From Macrostomum lignano (taxonomy: Eukaryota), in the NCBI GenBank assembly GCA_002269645.1, contig NIVC01001237.1:1-64000 (forward strand): a DNA stretch of 64,000 nucleotides. Reading direction: 5' to 3'. This document shows, one piece after another, positions 1 through 11,933 of the stretch. Both the position numbers and the translations under genes were made by a program. Each line of letters begins with the position of its first letter. Positions within the stretch are counted from its first letter, which is position 1. The notes under the pieces are model-generated. The model was given only the letters and a program-made list of their open reading frames with translations. It was not told the DNA's origin and did not search any database.

Positions 1-2799
1 ATATATATACAAATTATGCCCAACTTGTAAGGTTGAATAGTTATATGACAAAAAAAAATATTAATGCTTACTAATATGCTATGCCATTGCAGACAACATT
101 GTATGTGGCATAACAACCAACGCCAGTGGTTAGAAAAATTGGGGCATACCCTCTAGGCCGGCGCCCCAGCGGCCCTCAAGGGTACGCCCCATCCCGCAAG
201 ATAAAAGTTTGTAGTTTTTCTTCTTTGTACGTATGAAATATTTTGTGAGGAAATTATGTAAAAAGCAGAATTTAAAAGTTGATTTTTTTAGTTTCGGGTG
301 CTTTTGTGCTTGTACCTGGCAGTACGCCTTTCAGTACATGTATGGACAGTGGGGCAAACTATTGATATCCTTATTAATTTTTTTTCTTGTATAGTGAGCT
401 CACTGCTCACTATTAATTTGCATGACCAATCCTATACTACAGCTAACTTGAACTTTTAACCCTTTGAGCAGCCATCTCTGAAAAAATTGCTGCAAGCTCC
501 AAAGTGGGGTATAGGCAACTCGTGCAAATTTTTCTGAGTTTCAACACTTTAGAAATTGGATGTAAAAGCAAAAGTGTGCATTTTAGCCTACCTACTTATA
601 AGTAATACCTTTCGATCTTCGAAATCAATGCAACAAAAAATATATTTTAATACTCCACTACTTAAGCACTAGCGCATGTACAATGTTACTTGTATTCTTA
701 AGTTTTCATTTAGATGAGTCCAATTTGGTGTCAATTCAGGATTTTTCAAGTAGTGGGGCAGATTTGCCCAAATTTTGTTTTGGCCTAAAAAGCCAAAGTT
801 TGCCAAGGTTTGCCAAGCTCAAATTTACCCCCTTATATGCAAGTCCAGCCATGGCAAAGGGGCGGCCGCCCGGTCTACTAGCTACATATACAAGTACATT
901 TGACCGCCACAATTTGATCGCCATTCTATTCAAGGTGAAATAGGGCGGCGGGCAAATTGTGGCGGTCTCCACTGTCGAGTTATTTTAACCTAGAGGTGAC
1001 ACAGCTAATTTTGGCCAATTCATTTCAGTTGGGGTGGGGGTTAGAAGAAAGTGTGACGTTGCCAGTTTAAAGTGGTCCCGCAAAAGGGCCGTTGGACTGC
1101 AGCTCCTCTACAATTTCTCCAATCGTTTATTTTAACGTTTACTTGTAGTAGTGCCCAACGAATCTGTGCCTATCGCGAAATCACTGCGTACTTTGCTATC
1201 CTTTCATGCGACCGTAGAAAACTTGCACGATCGATAATTTTAAGTTCTTTAGCCAGCCAATGAAAACCACTCGTGCTTCGCGCTACCCCCTCTGCGCTCC
1301 TTTATTAACCCCCGCCACGGCTGGCTGGGGGCCTCCTCACTCTTCTCCTTAGGCTTGTGTTTCCTGTCTAGGCTGTCTGGCTTGCGGCGTCTGACTCTTG
1401 TTTTCCTTCTCTCTCCTGGCTGCCTCGAGCCTCCTTATCTCTCGCCACGGCTAACGCCAATCTCGCCACTACTCATCTGCCCGCCTACTGCTGCTCACTG
1501 CCTTCACTGTGCTCATCGCCATCGTTCACCACGTTGCGTCGCCATTGTATCCTTCATCTGTCACTGACTTCATATTCTATTGCATTCAAAACCATTGTTG
1601 CAGCCTTGAACGTTCAAAACCATTGAACGCTATAAGCTTGTATTGACATTAATAACCAATTCTAATATTGATCTCGACAATAAGACAACTACGGCAGTTT
1701 CCTGCCTTTATAAGCCAAGTGCTCCGCTACACAATCCGCTTTGCAAGAATTGACTTCGATTCATTTTGGGACTACGACTTACTGCAACTCTCGTCAAAAC
1801 GGCCCTTTTAAGGGTCATAGCTATAGCCACTACGTCAATAACGTGACAAAAGGCTAGAGAAGTGATATGGGAATTTCTACGTTGTACCGTTCTTGCCTGC
1901 TTAAGCGAATCTATGCGAAACAAACAAACTGTCCTGACTCCTGACTCCTTATCAGTGCAGGTCATCAAGTTTTTTCTATTCCCATATTGCACCAAAGATA
2001 AAGGAAGAACAAAGACGAATTTTGTGCAAGGCTTGACAAGGTCTGAACTATATATATGTATATTTTATAAGTTACAACCTAGCATAAACACATAAATACT
2101 TTGATACGGAAAGTATTGATTCGATCTAACCTAAAATAGGTGCCAGCAAAAGAAATAAAATATTCATAGCATTTTATACGTGCTTAAAAGTAAAACCAGA
2201 TGGAAACAGATGGAAATTGCAGTTGTGCAGCTAGTTGATTATTATCAATGGGATAAGTAGAATATTACAAAAAATCTGTTGGCTTGAATTGGAGGTAGGA
2301 ATACTATATACAATACCATTAGTATTTCATATACTGGGGTTTAAGAAAATAAATCCCCCATTTCAGCCACCCACAGCAGCATCCCCTCCCACTAAGTTTC
2401 CAGCCCCTCCACCCCTCCTACACAGTTTTGAGCTAAATTACCCCTCCGGCTTCTATAACACTGAATTTTAAGCTGTACCTAATTCTAAGGTTCAAGAATG
2501 TAAACAATAAAGATAGAAGCAATATAATCAGTCTCTTAAATAACTCCAGTTCATGAATGACCGATCGCCAGGCTTGTAGTAAACTCATGAAACTGCAGAT
2601 CCTAAAAGTAAAGATAAAATGGCAGTTTGCGATCGAGTATGCATCGTAATATACTAATATTTAACTCATAATCCACAATCATGTCTGCGTGTTGAAGCTG
2701 AGAACATATTCAGGAAGAAATTGCAGAATTGCAGAATACAGGGAATACGAGAATCGAGATAGAAGGAAATCGGATTGATATAAAAAACCAGAGAAAGAT

Positions 2800-4603
2800 A
2801 TTTTTAGTACTCACTTGCAACTCATGCGTCCTACATCAGGCCTCCTTGGAGTCACCTGTCAGAGGAATGACAAAAAATGGCTTGCTTGATCCCTGTCCGC
2901 TCCAGCAATATTGGCAAGCAGATTCGCAGGCAAAATCCAGCACTTTCGCTCAGGTGTGCCAGTTAGAACAGATGTCATCCTGTATAAGCCGATTCCTAGA
3001 TGCAAAGATGGATATGGGTTGGTGTAGATGTTGTCAACTGGGTGTAAAATCCTGCCAGTGACTTGATTAGCTTCACTTACAGCTTCGATTAGGACGCATA
3101 CTTTGTCGATTATGCAACAATTATCACATTGCTTTATGCTGAATTTCAACCGTGGAATGCGCTGCTCATTCAACAGAAGATCGCGAACTCTGAGCACCTG
3201 CTTAACTGAATGCGCTGCCATGTGCCTTGTCACCTTTACGCGGCGCTTTACAGATCCAAGAAAGTTTTCGAAAGGGAAAGTCGAAAAGTTGCAAGTACTG
3301 TCTGAATTCAGTAGCCTTCATGTGCTTCAATTCCAAGTCGATTTTCTGGGGTCTGCGTTGAAAGTTTGAAGGTGTCCAACCGGCAGCCATAGTAATTCGG
3401 TCACCCAATAGGCTCATTGGATCGGGATAGACGAGACACTTCTTGCCATTAGATTTGTCGAAAAATAGGTAAAATAGTTTCCTTGTGACTCTAAGGCAGA
3501 TGGCATACTGGTAGTCAGGGGGAAAAGCATCGACAAAACTAATGTTAGGCAAATTTAGAAGGGGTGATAGAGCGAATTTTATTTTCCTGGTTAGACTCCT
3601 TTCCCTCTCGGTATTGTTGGCTACTATGGGACTCCCCAACGCTCATTGAAAATGTTACTCTGTTGTCGGTATAAGGTCCAGTAGCCCTGCAGTACATGCA
3701 ACCGACGTACATGTGCCCTTGAGTAACCGAGACCTAGGCTCAAGCAGGCGCATCGCAAACAAATCGGATAGTCGAGAAGCTGATACTTAAATTTTCGATA
3801 ATATTTATGGAACCTGTAAGAAAATGTTTAGCCTCGTCGCAAAATTGTCGAAGATAATCATTCAGAGGTGGCTTGCCACAACCAGCCCATACGGCTACTG
3901 GAAAAGGTCTGCTAAATACGCTGGGAATAGACATTAGTATGGGCCAAAGACCGAAGTGGCTTGCTCGGTACAAAGGCAAGCCGTCAAAATTAACGATGGC
4001 TTCAATTTTGTAAACCTTCTCAGTTTCACTATCGTGTTGTAGATATTCTGGCTTCAAGTGCAGCTGGTTTTTGCGAAACATTAGTTCTAGATTTTTCAGA
4101 ATCAAAATGTAGCGAAAATGGCCTTTTCCCATGGATTCCAATTTTTCCATTGGATCGCCAGCATTGATGACGGCCTCAATAGAGTTGATAGACTTCGGCG
4201 CAGGCAAGCCTATGTCTCTTAGACTATCAACAAAGAATTTTTTAGATCCACGATTAAGGTTGAAACAAGAATAGACTACCAGCAAGATGAATATTTTATC
4301 TTCTAAAGAGCGGTCATCCTCTTTCTTGTCAATCTCCTCATCTTCATCGCTGCAAACTCGCGCGAACTTGTCAAAATCAGGATAGCTGCCGTTGTCGTTG
4401 CCAAGATCTGGCTCCGTACCTTCATTGACTTCTGCTACAGAGGACTCCAAAGCAATGAAACCGGCAACTCTCCCAGAATAATCTGCTTTGACTACTTTTC
4501 TTTTTTTCTCTTGCAGTGCGATGTCTTCCAAAGCTTCTTGTTCTCCTTCCATGAACAAGCCCAGCAAATCCTTATTTGCTTGTCGCCTCAATTGCCTTGT
4601 CAT
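2800..4603 (-). pseudogene. CACTA/EnSpm (CMC superfamily) DDE transposase, disrupted
   Basis: Consecutive minus-strand frames carry EnSpm transposase motifs: NFDGLPLYRAS..LWPIL..PFPVAVWAG..KP..YLRQF, FVCDAPA (then in-frame stops, followed by GHMYVGCMYC..NRVTF), FPPDY..ICLRVTRKL, PSNFQRRP..ELKHMKATEFRQYL, and C-terminal KPFFVIPL. It has several stops and frameshifts. Confidence 0.8.
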
Positions 4604-4961
4604 TGTTTTCGTCCGAATCAGACTTTGATGATAGTTGACTGTTGTAATAAAGTAATTACTACGATTGCTTATTTTGTAATAAAGAAAGTTTATGAACAAA
4701 AGCTGGGAAGAATTGAAAACTATTCCTTTGGGGGTTTGTGCACGCTGATTGGACAGGTATGGATGCGGGGACGGTAGGGCCAATGAAATTGGAAAAGCCA
4801 GGGCAGCCTTTTTCATTCGAAGAACTATAGAAGACAATTGCTTCTAGAAGCAACTTAAACCACTGAATCATTAAATAAGCATAAACTATAGTGTGAGCTC
4901 CAAACTCTTGCTTTATTTGGTACTCAGTTTTGCACTAGCATAGTCTAGTCTGCATGCTACA

Positions 4962-6881
4962 ATGAAGTTTTTAGTGATCTTTAAAGACGACCGTCAAATT
5001 GTTGAGGTCTCGGAAAGTGAAGTGAAGCTTCCTGAAGGCTTTCAAAACCTTAAGGAAGAGGAATGGTTAGAAAAGAGGGACTCCACTGAGAAGTGGAAGT
5101 GTGAAGCCTTGTATGAAGGCTGTTTTTACTCTGCTCTAATTATTCAGGTAAGCAACCGATCCCAATGATATTTGAAATGTTAAAATTCTTGAATCGATCT
5201 AATATTGTATTTGTACGCTCATATTTTCTCACTAATTTAAAGGTAATACTAAGCGACAACCTAGAGCCTGGGAGCTTCTGCTTTGTGCGTGAATTGGTAG
5301 CCAAAAAGACCCGACTGAACCAAATTTTCGAGTTGTTTCAACCCAGAGTCTTTCAGGAGCGTGACATGAAGAAAGCACGAAGGCATTACCAGACTAAGGT
5401 AAAATTAAGCACAGCCCATAGAATTTTTTATCAAGAACTTTGTTTTCTCTGTTTTACCTTTTTAACTAATTTTTAAGAAAAGGGAAGAAATTAAATGTGA
5501 AAATAATCTCTAAAACTGACATTAACTTGATAATTTCTCATTCCGTAACCATCCCAAACAGAATCTGTCAGACGGCTCAGCCACCGATCCCGAGGCAATC
5601 TTCAAAGATAAGAGCAGCCGCTGTTTGCAACCTCCAGCTTTGCTGCCTAAACAACATCCGCCTACGATTACACAGTTAGCGCCAATGCCTCCTATTAGTG
5701 ATGATGAAGCAGAAGCTGGCGTAGACGCCAATATGGAAGCTGAGGCGGAAGCTGAAGTGGAAGCTAAGGTGGAAGCTGAGGCGAAAGCTGAAGTGGAAGC
5801 TGAGGTGAAAGCTGAGGCGGAAGCTGAGGTAGAAGCTGAGATGGGAGCTGAGGCGGAAGCTGAGGCAGAAGCTGAGCTGGAAGCTGAGATGGGAGCTGAG
5901 ATGGAAGCTGAGGCGGAAGCTGAAATAGAAGCTGAGTTTGTAGCAGATGATTGATTGACGATTCCTAAGTCGCCTCCCACCATTTATCTTTTAATTTTAG
6001 TTCTGGCTTTCTAAGAAAACTAGAAGTGCAGATCCAAGCCAGTGTTAGCTTTGAGCTGGAAAGTCCAAGAGGCATCAAGTTTCTGTCCTTATATGCCCTA
6101 CGCGAACTTACTATGCGCAAGAATGAATTGAAAGCATTAGAAAATAGTTTGACCAAACAAATCACTGCAATGTGCACTGAAGAGCAGCGTGTGCTACGCT
6201 TTTTGGAACCAGTTGGCATTGACATTCCAACTGATAATTCTGAGCCTTCATTCTGGCCAATCAACTCCTGGGAAAAATATGTGCACTTCGCTTCCAATCC
6301 AAATGAACATATTTCTACTTTGGTAAGTTCATGACTGAGTTTTTTATTTTCTTTTCATTAGAAGAAATGCTCTAAGCCTCTAACTACTACTCAAAGTGCA
6401 CTAGTACTATCACTGTGAAATAACAATCTATAAGTATTCTCACCTGTAAAAATCTAAACAGAAGAGCCTGCTACGTTCATGCAAGCGAGACAAGTGGTCC
6501 GATGCTTTAATGGCAATGCTTAACGAGAGCTTGTCGAAAGAGATGCAGGTGGTTATTAATTTAATTGGGTCAGACTTGCAAAGCCGAGCTGTTGCTGCTG
6601 GTGTTGTGACCAACCTTACTGATGTGCAGCTTGGATTTCAGAGCACTCTGCTCAGCCATTTCCAATGTGAGTCTACTTAATCAACGTTCAATGAGACTTT
6701 TAGAACGCTAAATATCAAGAAATTAGTCGAGCACAGTGCATGTTATTCATAGTAACTTTCAACTTTTTTTCTAACAGAAGCAATCATATTCATCTATGGC
6801 ACGACCGCTGAAGCCGGCAGGCCCTCTGAAAAATCTGTAAGAAATACTTGCAGACAGCAGCTAAAGCATGGCAGTAACTAA
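4962..6881 (+). CDS. Six-exon accessory (second) gene of the CACTA element, ~447 aa, with an acidic AEAEVE low-complexity tract
   Basis: Manually spliced GT-AG exons 4962-5147, 5243-5398, 5562-5935, 6001-6322, 6462-6666 and 6781-6881 give one open frame with short introns. It is divergent from the transposase and lies inside the CACTA terminus. The C-terminal region loosely resembles TE-associated DUF4806-type proteins (inference). Confidence 0.55.
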
Positions 6882-6931
6882 TTAAAGGGGCGGTTGCATT
6901 GCATAGGAAGCCAGCTGCTTTCCGGAGTCCA

Positions 6932-7190
6932 GACTCAAAGCCCCACTTCTGGCAGCGCCATACAAAGACAGTCTCTGGTGGCAGTGACTCAAAGTCCCAC
7001 TTCTGGCAGTGCCATACAAAGACAGTCTCTGGTGGCAGCGACTCAAAGTCCCACTTCTGGCAGTGCCATTCAAAGACAGTCTCTGGTGGAAGCAACTCAA
7101 AGTCCTGCTTCTGGCAGCGCCATGCAAATACAGTCTTTGGGGCAGCGACTCAAAGTCCCGCTTCTGGCAGTGCCATGCAAAGACACAGCC
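6932..7190. repeat. 54-bp tandem repeat (~5 copies), subterminal repeat of the CACTA element
   Basis: GACTCAAAGTCCCACTTCTGGCAGTGCC... recurs at 6932, 6986, 7040, 7094 and 7148. Confidence 0.9.
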
Positions 7191-7881
7191 ATTTATCTTC
7201 TTTTCCCTAGTGAATAAAAAACATATCTAAACTCAATAATGAACGATGAATGATGATTGCTAAGCATTAAATACAACTGTCAGTAAGATAAAATGTGCAT
7301 GCAGTAATTTTTTTGTTTTATTTCTAATGTCATAGACACCATCGCGACTATCAGCGGGAAAAGTGCCGCCAGCGGCGACAGCAAAGCCGAGCTCCCAATC
7401 CAGAAAGCAAGCAAGTATTCAGTTGGATTCTCAGCCTTAAAAGCAGAACAACCATCACCCCATTCAGCAAAGTCAAAAACCAACTATTGCATTGACTGCT
7501 CCCCCAAATCTGATGATAAAACTGAATCAAGTGGATCAAACTGGTCCAAAGATCAGTGAGAGCTGGATGATGGACAATTTATAATCTTCTAATTATGAGA
7601 GCACATATTTTATGAGTATATGCTGTCACAAAATGGTTTTAAAATTGACATTCTTTCAACACCTTTGTTGCCAAAAACTTAATTATTTTTCATTCTAATA
7701 TTGTGTTTTAATACTAGTTCCATTTAACTTTGCCAAATAAATTCAAATTTCATTAGATTTAAGTTTCTTATTTGATTTCATTCATAGACTCAAACTTATT
7801 TTCTAAAAAACTGCAAAAAATTTCACAAAAGGCAAACTTTGTAAGCAAGTAAAGTACAAGTACAGCAAGTACAGGTGCCAC

Positions 7882-8190
7882 CTGTTGAAGGTGCCAACGG
7901 CGTCGAGGTGATGGCTGAATGCTTGACTGACTAGCTGAGGATGTCCAGCAGTTGATTTTTGCCCACTGTCGAGGCTTGATCAGCAAAACTAGAGAAATTC
8001 TTATCAGGCTGTCCATAGTCACCTGGTGTAATCTGTTGAAGGAGCCAATGGCGTCGGAATGATGATGGAATGCTTGAGAGACTAGCTGAGAATGTCTGGC
8101 GACTGATTCTTGCCCACTGTTGAGGCTTGATCAGCAAAACTAGAGAAATCCGCATCAGGGTGTCCATAGTCACCTGGTGCCACAGCTGTT
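7882..8190. repeat. Diverged ~151-bp tandem duplication
   Basis: CAGCAAAACTAGAGAAAT..GTCCATAGTCACCTGGTG occurs at 7981 and 8132. The unit length is not a multiple of 3. Confidence 0.8.
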
Positions 8191-10599
8191 GAGGGTCCAG
8201 AAGCTCCACCTGAGTGAAGGCTAGTGACCAACGAAGTCAGAACTGATGCAGACACATGTGGTCGACGTGCTGATGAAATTTGGAGACTTAGCAAGGCTGC
8301 ACTGAGGCGCAGTGCTGATTAGCGCACAGGGGTATACTGAATACACTAGCGCTTATAGGAAAAATCCGACCTTTTGGCAGAATCGTCGAATATCTCGACA
8401 GTCTGAAGGGCTGGCGACTTGATTCTTGTTTGAGAAGGTGGGCAACAAAAAGTTAGCCCATGTTCTTGAATTTCATGTGCCTGCGTTGCTCCGTTCCGGC
8501 GCAGCAAAAAAAATTGTCAGGGGGGGGAAATTTCCCCCCTCCCTTGGTAGTTCAACGGGCGGAAAAATGGCTTGGTATTCCTACTGTTAATCCAATTAAG
8601 TTAACATAGAAAATATAGAAACCTTATACTTTTTTCCAAAACACACTTCATAATGCATAGTCTGCTTTTCTATTTTTATAGCAAAATACAGAGGCCATCT
8701 AAGCAATTTACAAGTTAAAAAGTAAAATAATTATTTTAAAAGCTTGTATGCTTAATACTACTAAAAGTAAACATATAGTAAAAGAAGTAACTTATTTATT
8801 TGAAACCTGAAGGCTAATAAGTTAATAATAAAATACAAAAAAGGTTGTTTCAATAGCATTAGCAGGTACAGTAGAAAGTTAAGTTACAAAAGGTTAGGAA
8901 AGAAGTTAAGTGAATCAAAGCAATTGATGCTTATGTGCAAGCAATAAAGTTTACAATTTTAGTTAATTATTAAAGTTCATTGGTAAGAAGTTGTTACATT
9001 GTATGATTATCATCATAAACAAAAATATTTATTATTTAGGCCCCTATTTAGGTAAATTCAAATACATTTGTAGGCTTAATGTTATAATTTCTCTTTAGAC
9101 TTATATATTTTTATTCTTTCTTTGTATCTTTGGTCACTGGGTGCATGACAAGACCACCATACACTAAGACCACCACAGCTATTACTGGTTGGCTACTAGT
9201 ATTGACTATTGAGGGGGAGCTACCAATCTTCTAGCATTGTTATTCCTCTGGAACTGCCCCTCCACCCTCCCTCTGGATCCGCCACTGCTAGCTGCCTAGG
9301 CAAAAATGTCAATTCATTATTCAACTATTATTAGGCCTAGCCTAGGCTAACTTTTAAAAATTGAATATGTATTGGTTAAATGTGACCTAAGTTGGTTTTT
9401 GCCTAGCCCTAGCCCTAGGAATCTGGGATAGGCACCTAACTACCCACTACATGTAGTAATAACCCAAATATGCATGCTACCACTGCCATACTATAAGTAT
9501 TACTAGTTTTAATTTAATCGCTACACATGATATCTAGATGTCAATGTCAGATACTTACAAGCAGACTTGCTAGAATGTGTGTGGGGTACAGTCGTAGCAA
9601 ACACTAGGACTACTAATAAAAATATAGTAGGTCTATATCGGCACTGAGATCTCATCTCAACAGCATAATGACGAAGTGTGTTACATTTGCTCTTATGAAT
9701 ACGCCAATATGATCAATTACATTGCCGTATATACCACATTTCTGAAAAAGATAATGATAATTGTTCCTTGTTAGTGGCAAGAATAGCTTACTTGTTTTTA
9801 CAATATTTTACAGTATAAACGAAAATTAATTTAATAATTTATGGTAGAAATGGATTGATACATTGCCAATATAACAATTTTGAATACGTTACTTGTTTTA
9901 CTGGCATAGTTATTTTGAGAGCGATTTTAACTTAGTATAAAATATCTTAATAATTAAGCGATCGACATCGAGATTCAGGCTGATAGCCTGATGGCAAATA
10001 GGATGGTTCAGGCCATCACATTGCAACATTTTAAAAAAAATTATCTTCGCATTTAAAGCGTATTTTCTAAACTTGCTTGTTTTTACTTTTTTACTGCTTA
10101 TCTTAATTCAGCCTGTAGCGATCGGTATCAGAATCAGATTCAAAACAGATTAAGATATGAGTTTCAAAAAGTTGTGGGCTAGTAGAATCTTCCAAATAGG
10201 CTGGAAATGTGTATGTGTATGCTAAATTACATTTTCACTTAGTTATTATATTAAGCCTTCAGTTTAATACTAGGAAGAATATAAAAATTTGTTGCATATT
10301 ATGCTCGCTGAATTTTTGTTGTGGTACCTTTAGTAATAAATTAAAAGTAGGCTAGTCATACACAGTATAGAAGACTTTAGGAGTCATAAAAACGAAAAAC
10401 TACAAATTTTTATCGTGACTAGTGTTTAGTAGCCTTAAAAGTTTATACTTCTTTTTTCTAGTTTAGCATTACTTTACAAAGAATGATTAAAAAATGAAAC
10501 AATAAAATAGTGTTTTTATGGCACATTATAAACTTAAGAATCAACTCTAAGCATTGCCTTAGTGGTTTTAAACTTTATTCATTTATTTATGTTTAAACA

Positions 10600-11165
10600 C
10601 GAGCAAATGAGCAAGCAGATGAGAGGGACGAGAAAATAGAGAGCAGAGACGAAAGAGAAGTGAAGAGAGAGGAGAGAGAAGACAAAAGATTAGATATAAG
10701 AGAGGAGAGAGGGGAGGAGAGGAAAGAGACTAGGATAGAGAATGGAGAGGACAGGGGGAGAAAGGGAAAAGGGAGGGAGAGAAGACTGAGGGGAGGGCAG
10801 ATAAGGGGAAAGGACAGAAGGGTGATATAAAAGGGGAGAGGGGAGAGGAGAGGAGAGATTAGATATGAGAGAGCAAAGAGAAGAGGAGAGAGAAGAGGGT
10901 AGACAGGAGAAAGTAGAGAGGAGACAGGAAAGAGAAAAGGGAAGAGAAATGAGAGACGAGAGAGAAGAGAGAAGCGATGAGTGATTGAAGTGGAAAGATA
11001 AGATGAGAGAGCAGATTGGAGAGCGAGAAGAGAGGCGAGAGGAAAAACGAGAGAGTAGAGAGGAGAGAGGAGAGTAAAGGTAAAAGAGTAGAGAAGAAAG
11101 GAGAGAGGGTGGATAAGAGAAAAGAGGAGACGGATGAGAAGAGTGAGAAGAGGAGGGACCTCAAA
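10600..11165. repeat. GA-rich (polypurine) low-complexity tract
   Basis: The plus strand is almost entirely G and A. Confidence 0.85.
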
Positions 11166-11333
11166 TCTTAATTAAACGCGCTTTTACTCCAATTTTTGTT
11201 GCAATGCATGCAAAAATAAGTTCCACGGATTTGAATTCAGCGGGTTCAAAATCCGCAAGTTTCAACAGGTTGTAATTGCATAAAACTAAAAATCCACCCT
11301 TCATGCACATAATTGTTTGGACTTGACTGATCA

Positions 11334-11845
11334 ATGCTGATTCAAACTCAACTGGAAATTCAGCTCCCTATTGAGCTACTTGGCGAGCTCAATTGTCTGT
11401 GCTCACTGGATAGAGGATGCTCATCAACTAAGATTGTAATAGTGGTAGTGCAACCGCCATCGAAACAGCAGGCAACTGACAAGTTCAAAATTACATTTGC
11501 CCTGGCCAAAAATAGCCAATTCGATGCAGTGTTGGACTGGCTTGCCAACACACTGCCCGCTGACCCTGAAAATGGGAATCGAACCATCGCCCTCACTGGC
11601 GGCGGTTCTGCCCTGCACCAAGAGAAAATCTGCGACAAACTTCGGGTTCAACAACCGATATTTGTTGACGAACTAGTTGGCCAAGCCCGCGGCTGCATCT
11701 GGCTGATCAAGCAGGCCCCAGCTGCCGATGTTTTCTATGATGACGAATTTCTGACACCGCTGGATGAAGATGTGCCCCTGCCTGCTCTATATGTGTTCTC
11801 AGGGTCGGGAAACGGACTGACTCTGGTTAGTGAGGGCTGTCTGAC

Positions 11846-11933
<88 letters not shown>

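Larger units (their letters stand above)
2650..7212. mobile_element. CACTA/EnSpm DNA transposon (right terminus visible, left terminus not found)
   Basis: TTTTCCCTAGTG at 7201-7212 is the reverse complement of CACTAGGGAAAA. It is preceded by 54-bp subterminal tandem repeats, and the element contains a transposase plus a second gene. The left boundary is approximate. Confidence 0.6.

Noticed and set aside
141-190. GC-rich hairpin GGGGCATACCC...GGGTACGCCCC, and a 15-bp inverted repeat at 902-916/953-967
   Set aside because: Probably TE termini, but no partner end or TSD could be identified, so they were not called as elements.
5522-5983. Ser/Ala-rich minus-strand ORF
   Set aside because: It is the antisense shadow of the AEAEVE low-complexity exon of the CACTA accessory gene.
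10859-11164. Leu/Ser/Phe-rich 'membrane protein' ORFs (also 13277-13801 and 44429-45004)
   Set aside because: They are artefacts of GA/CT low-complexity tracts.
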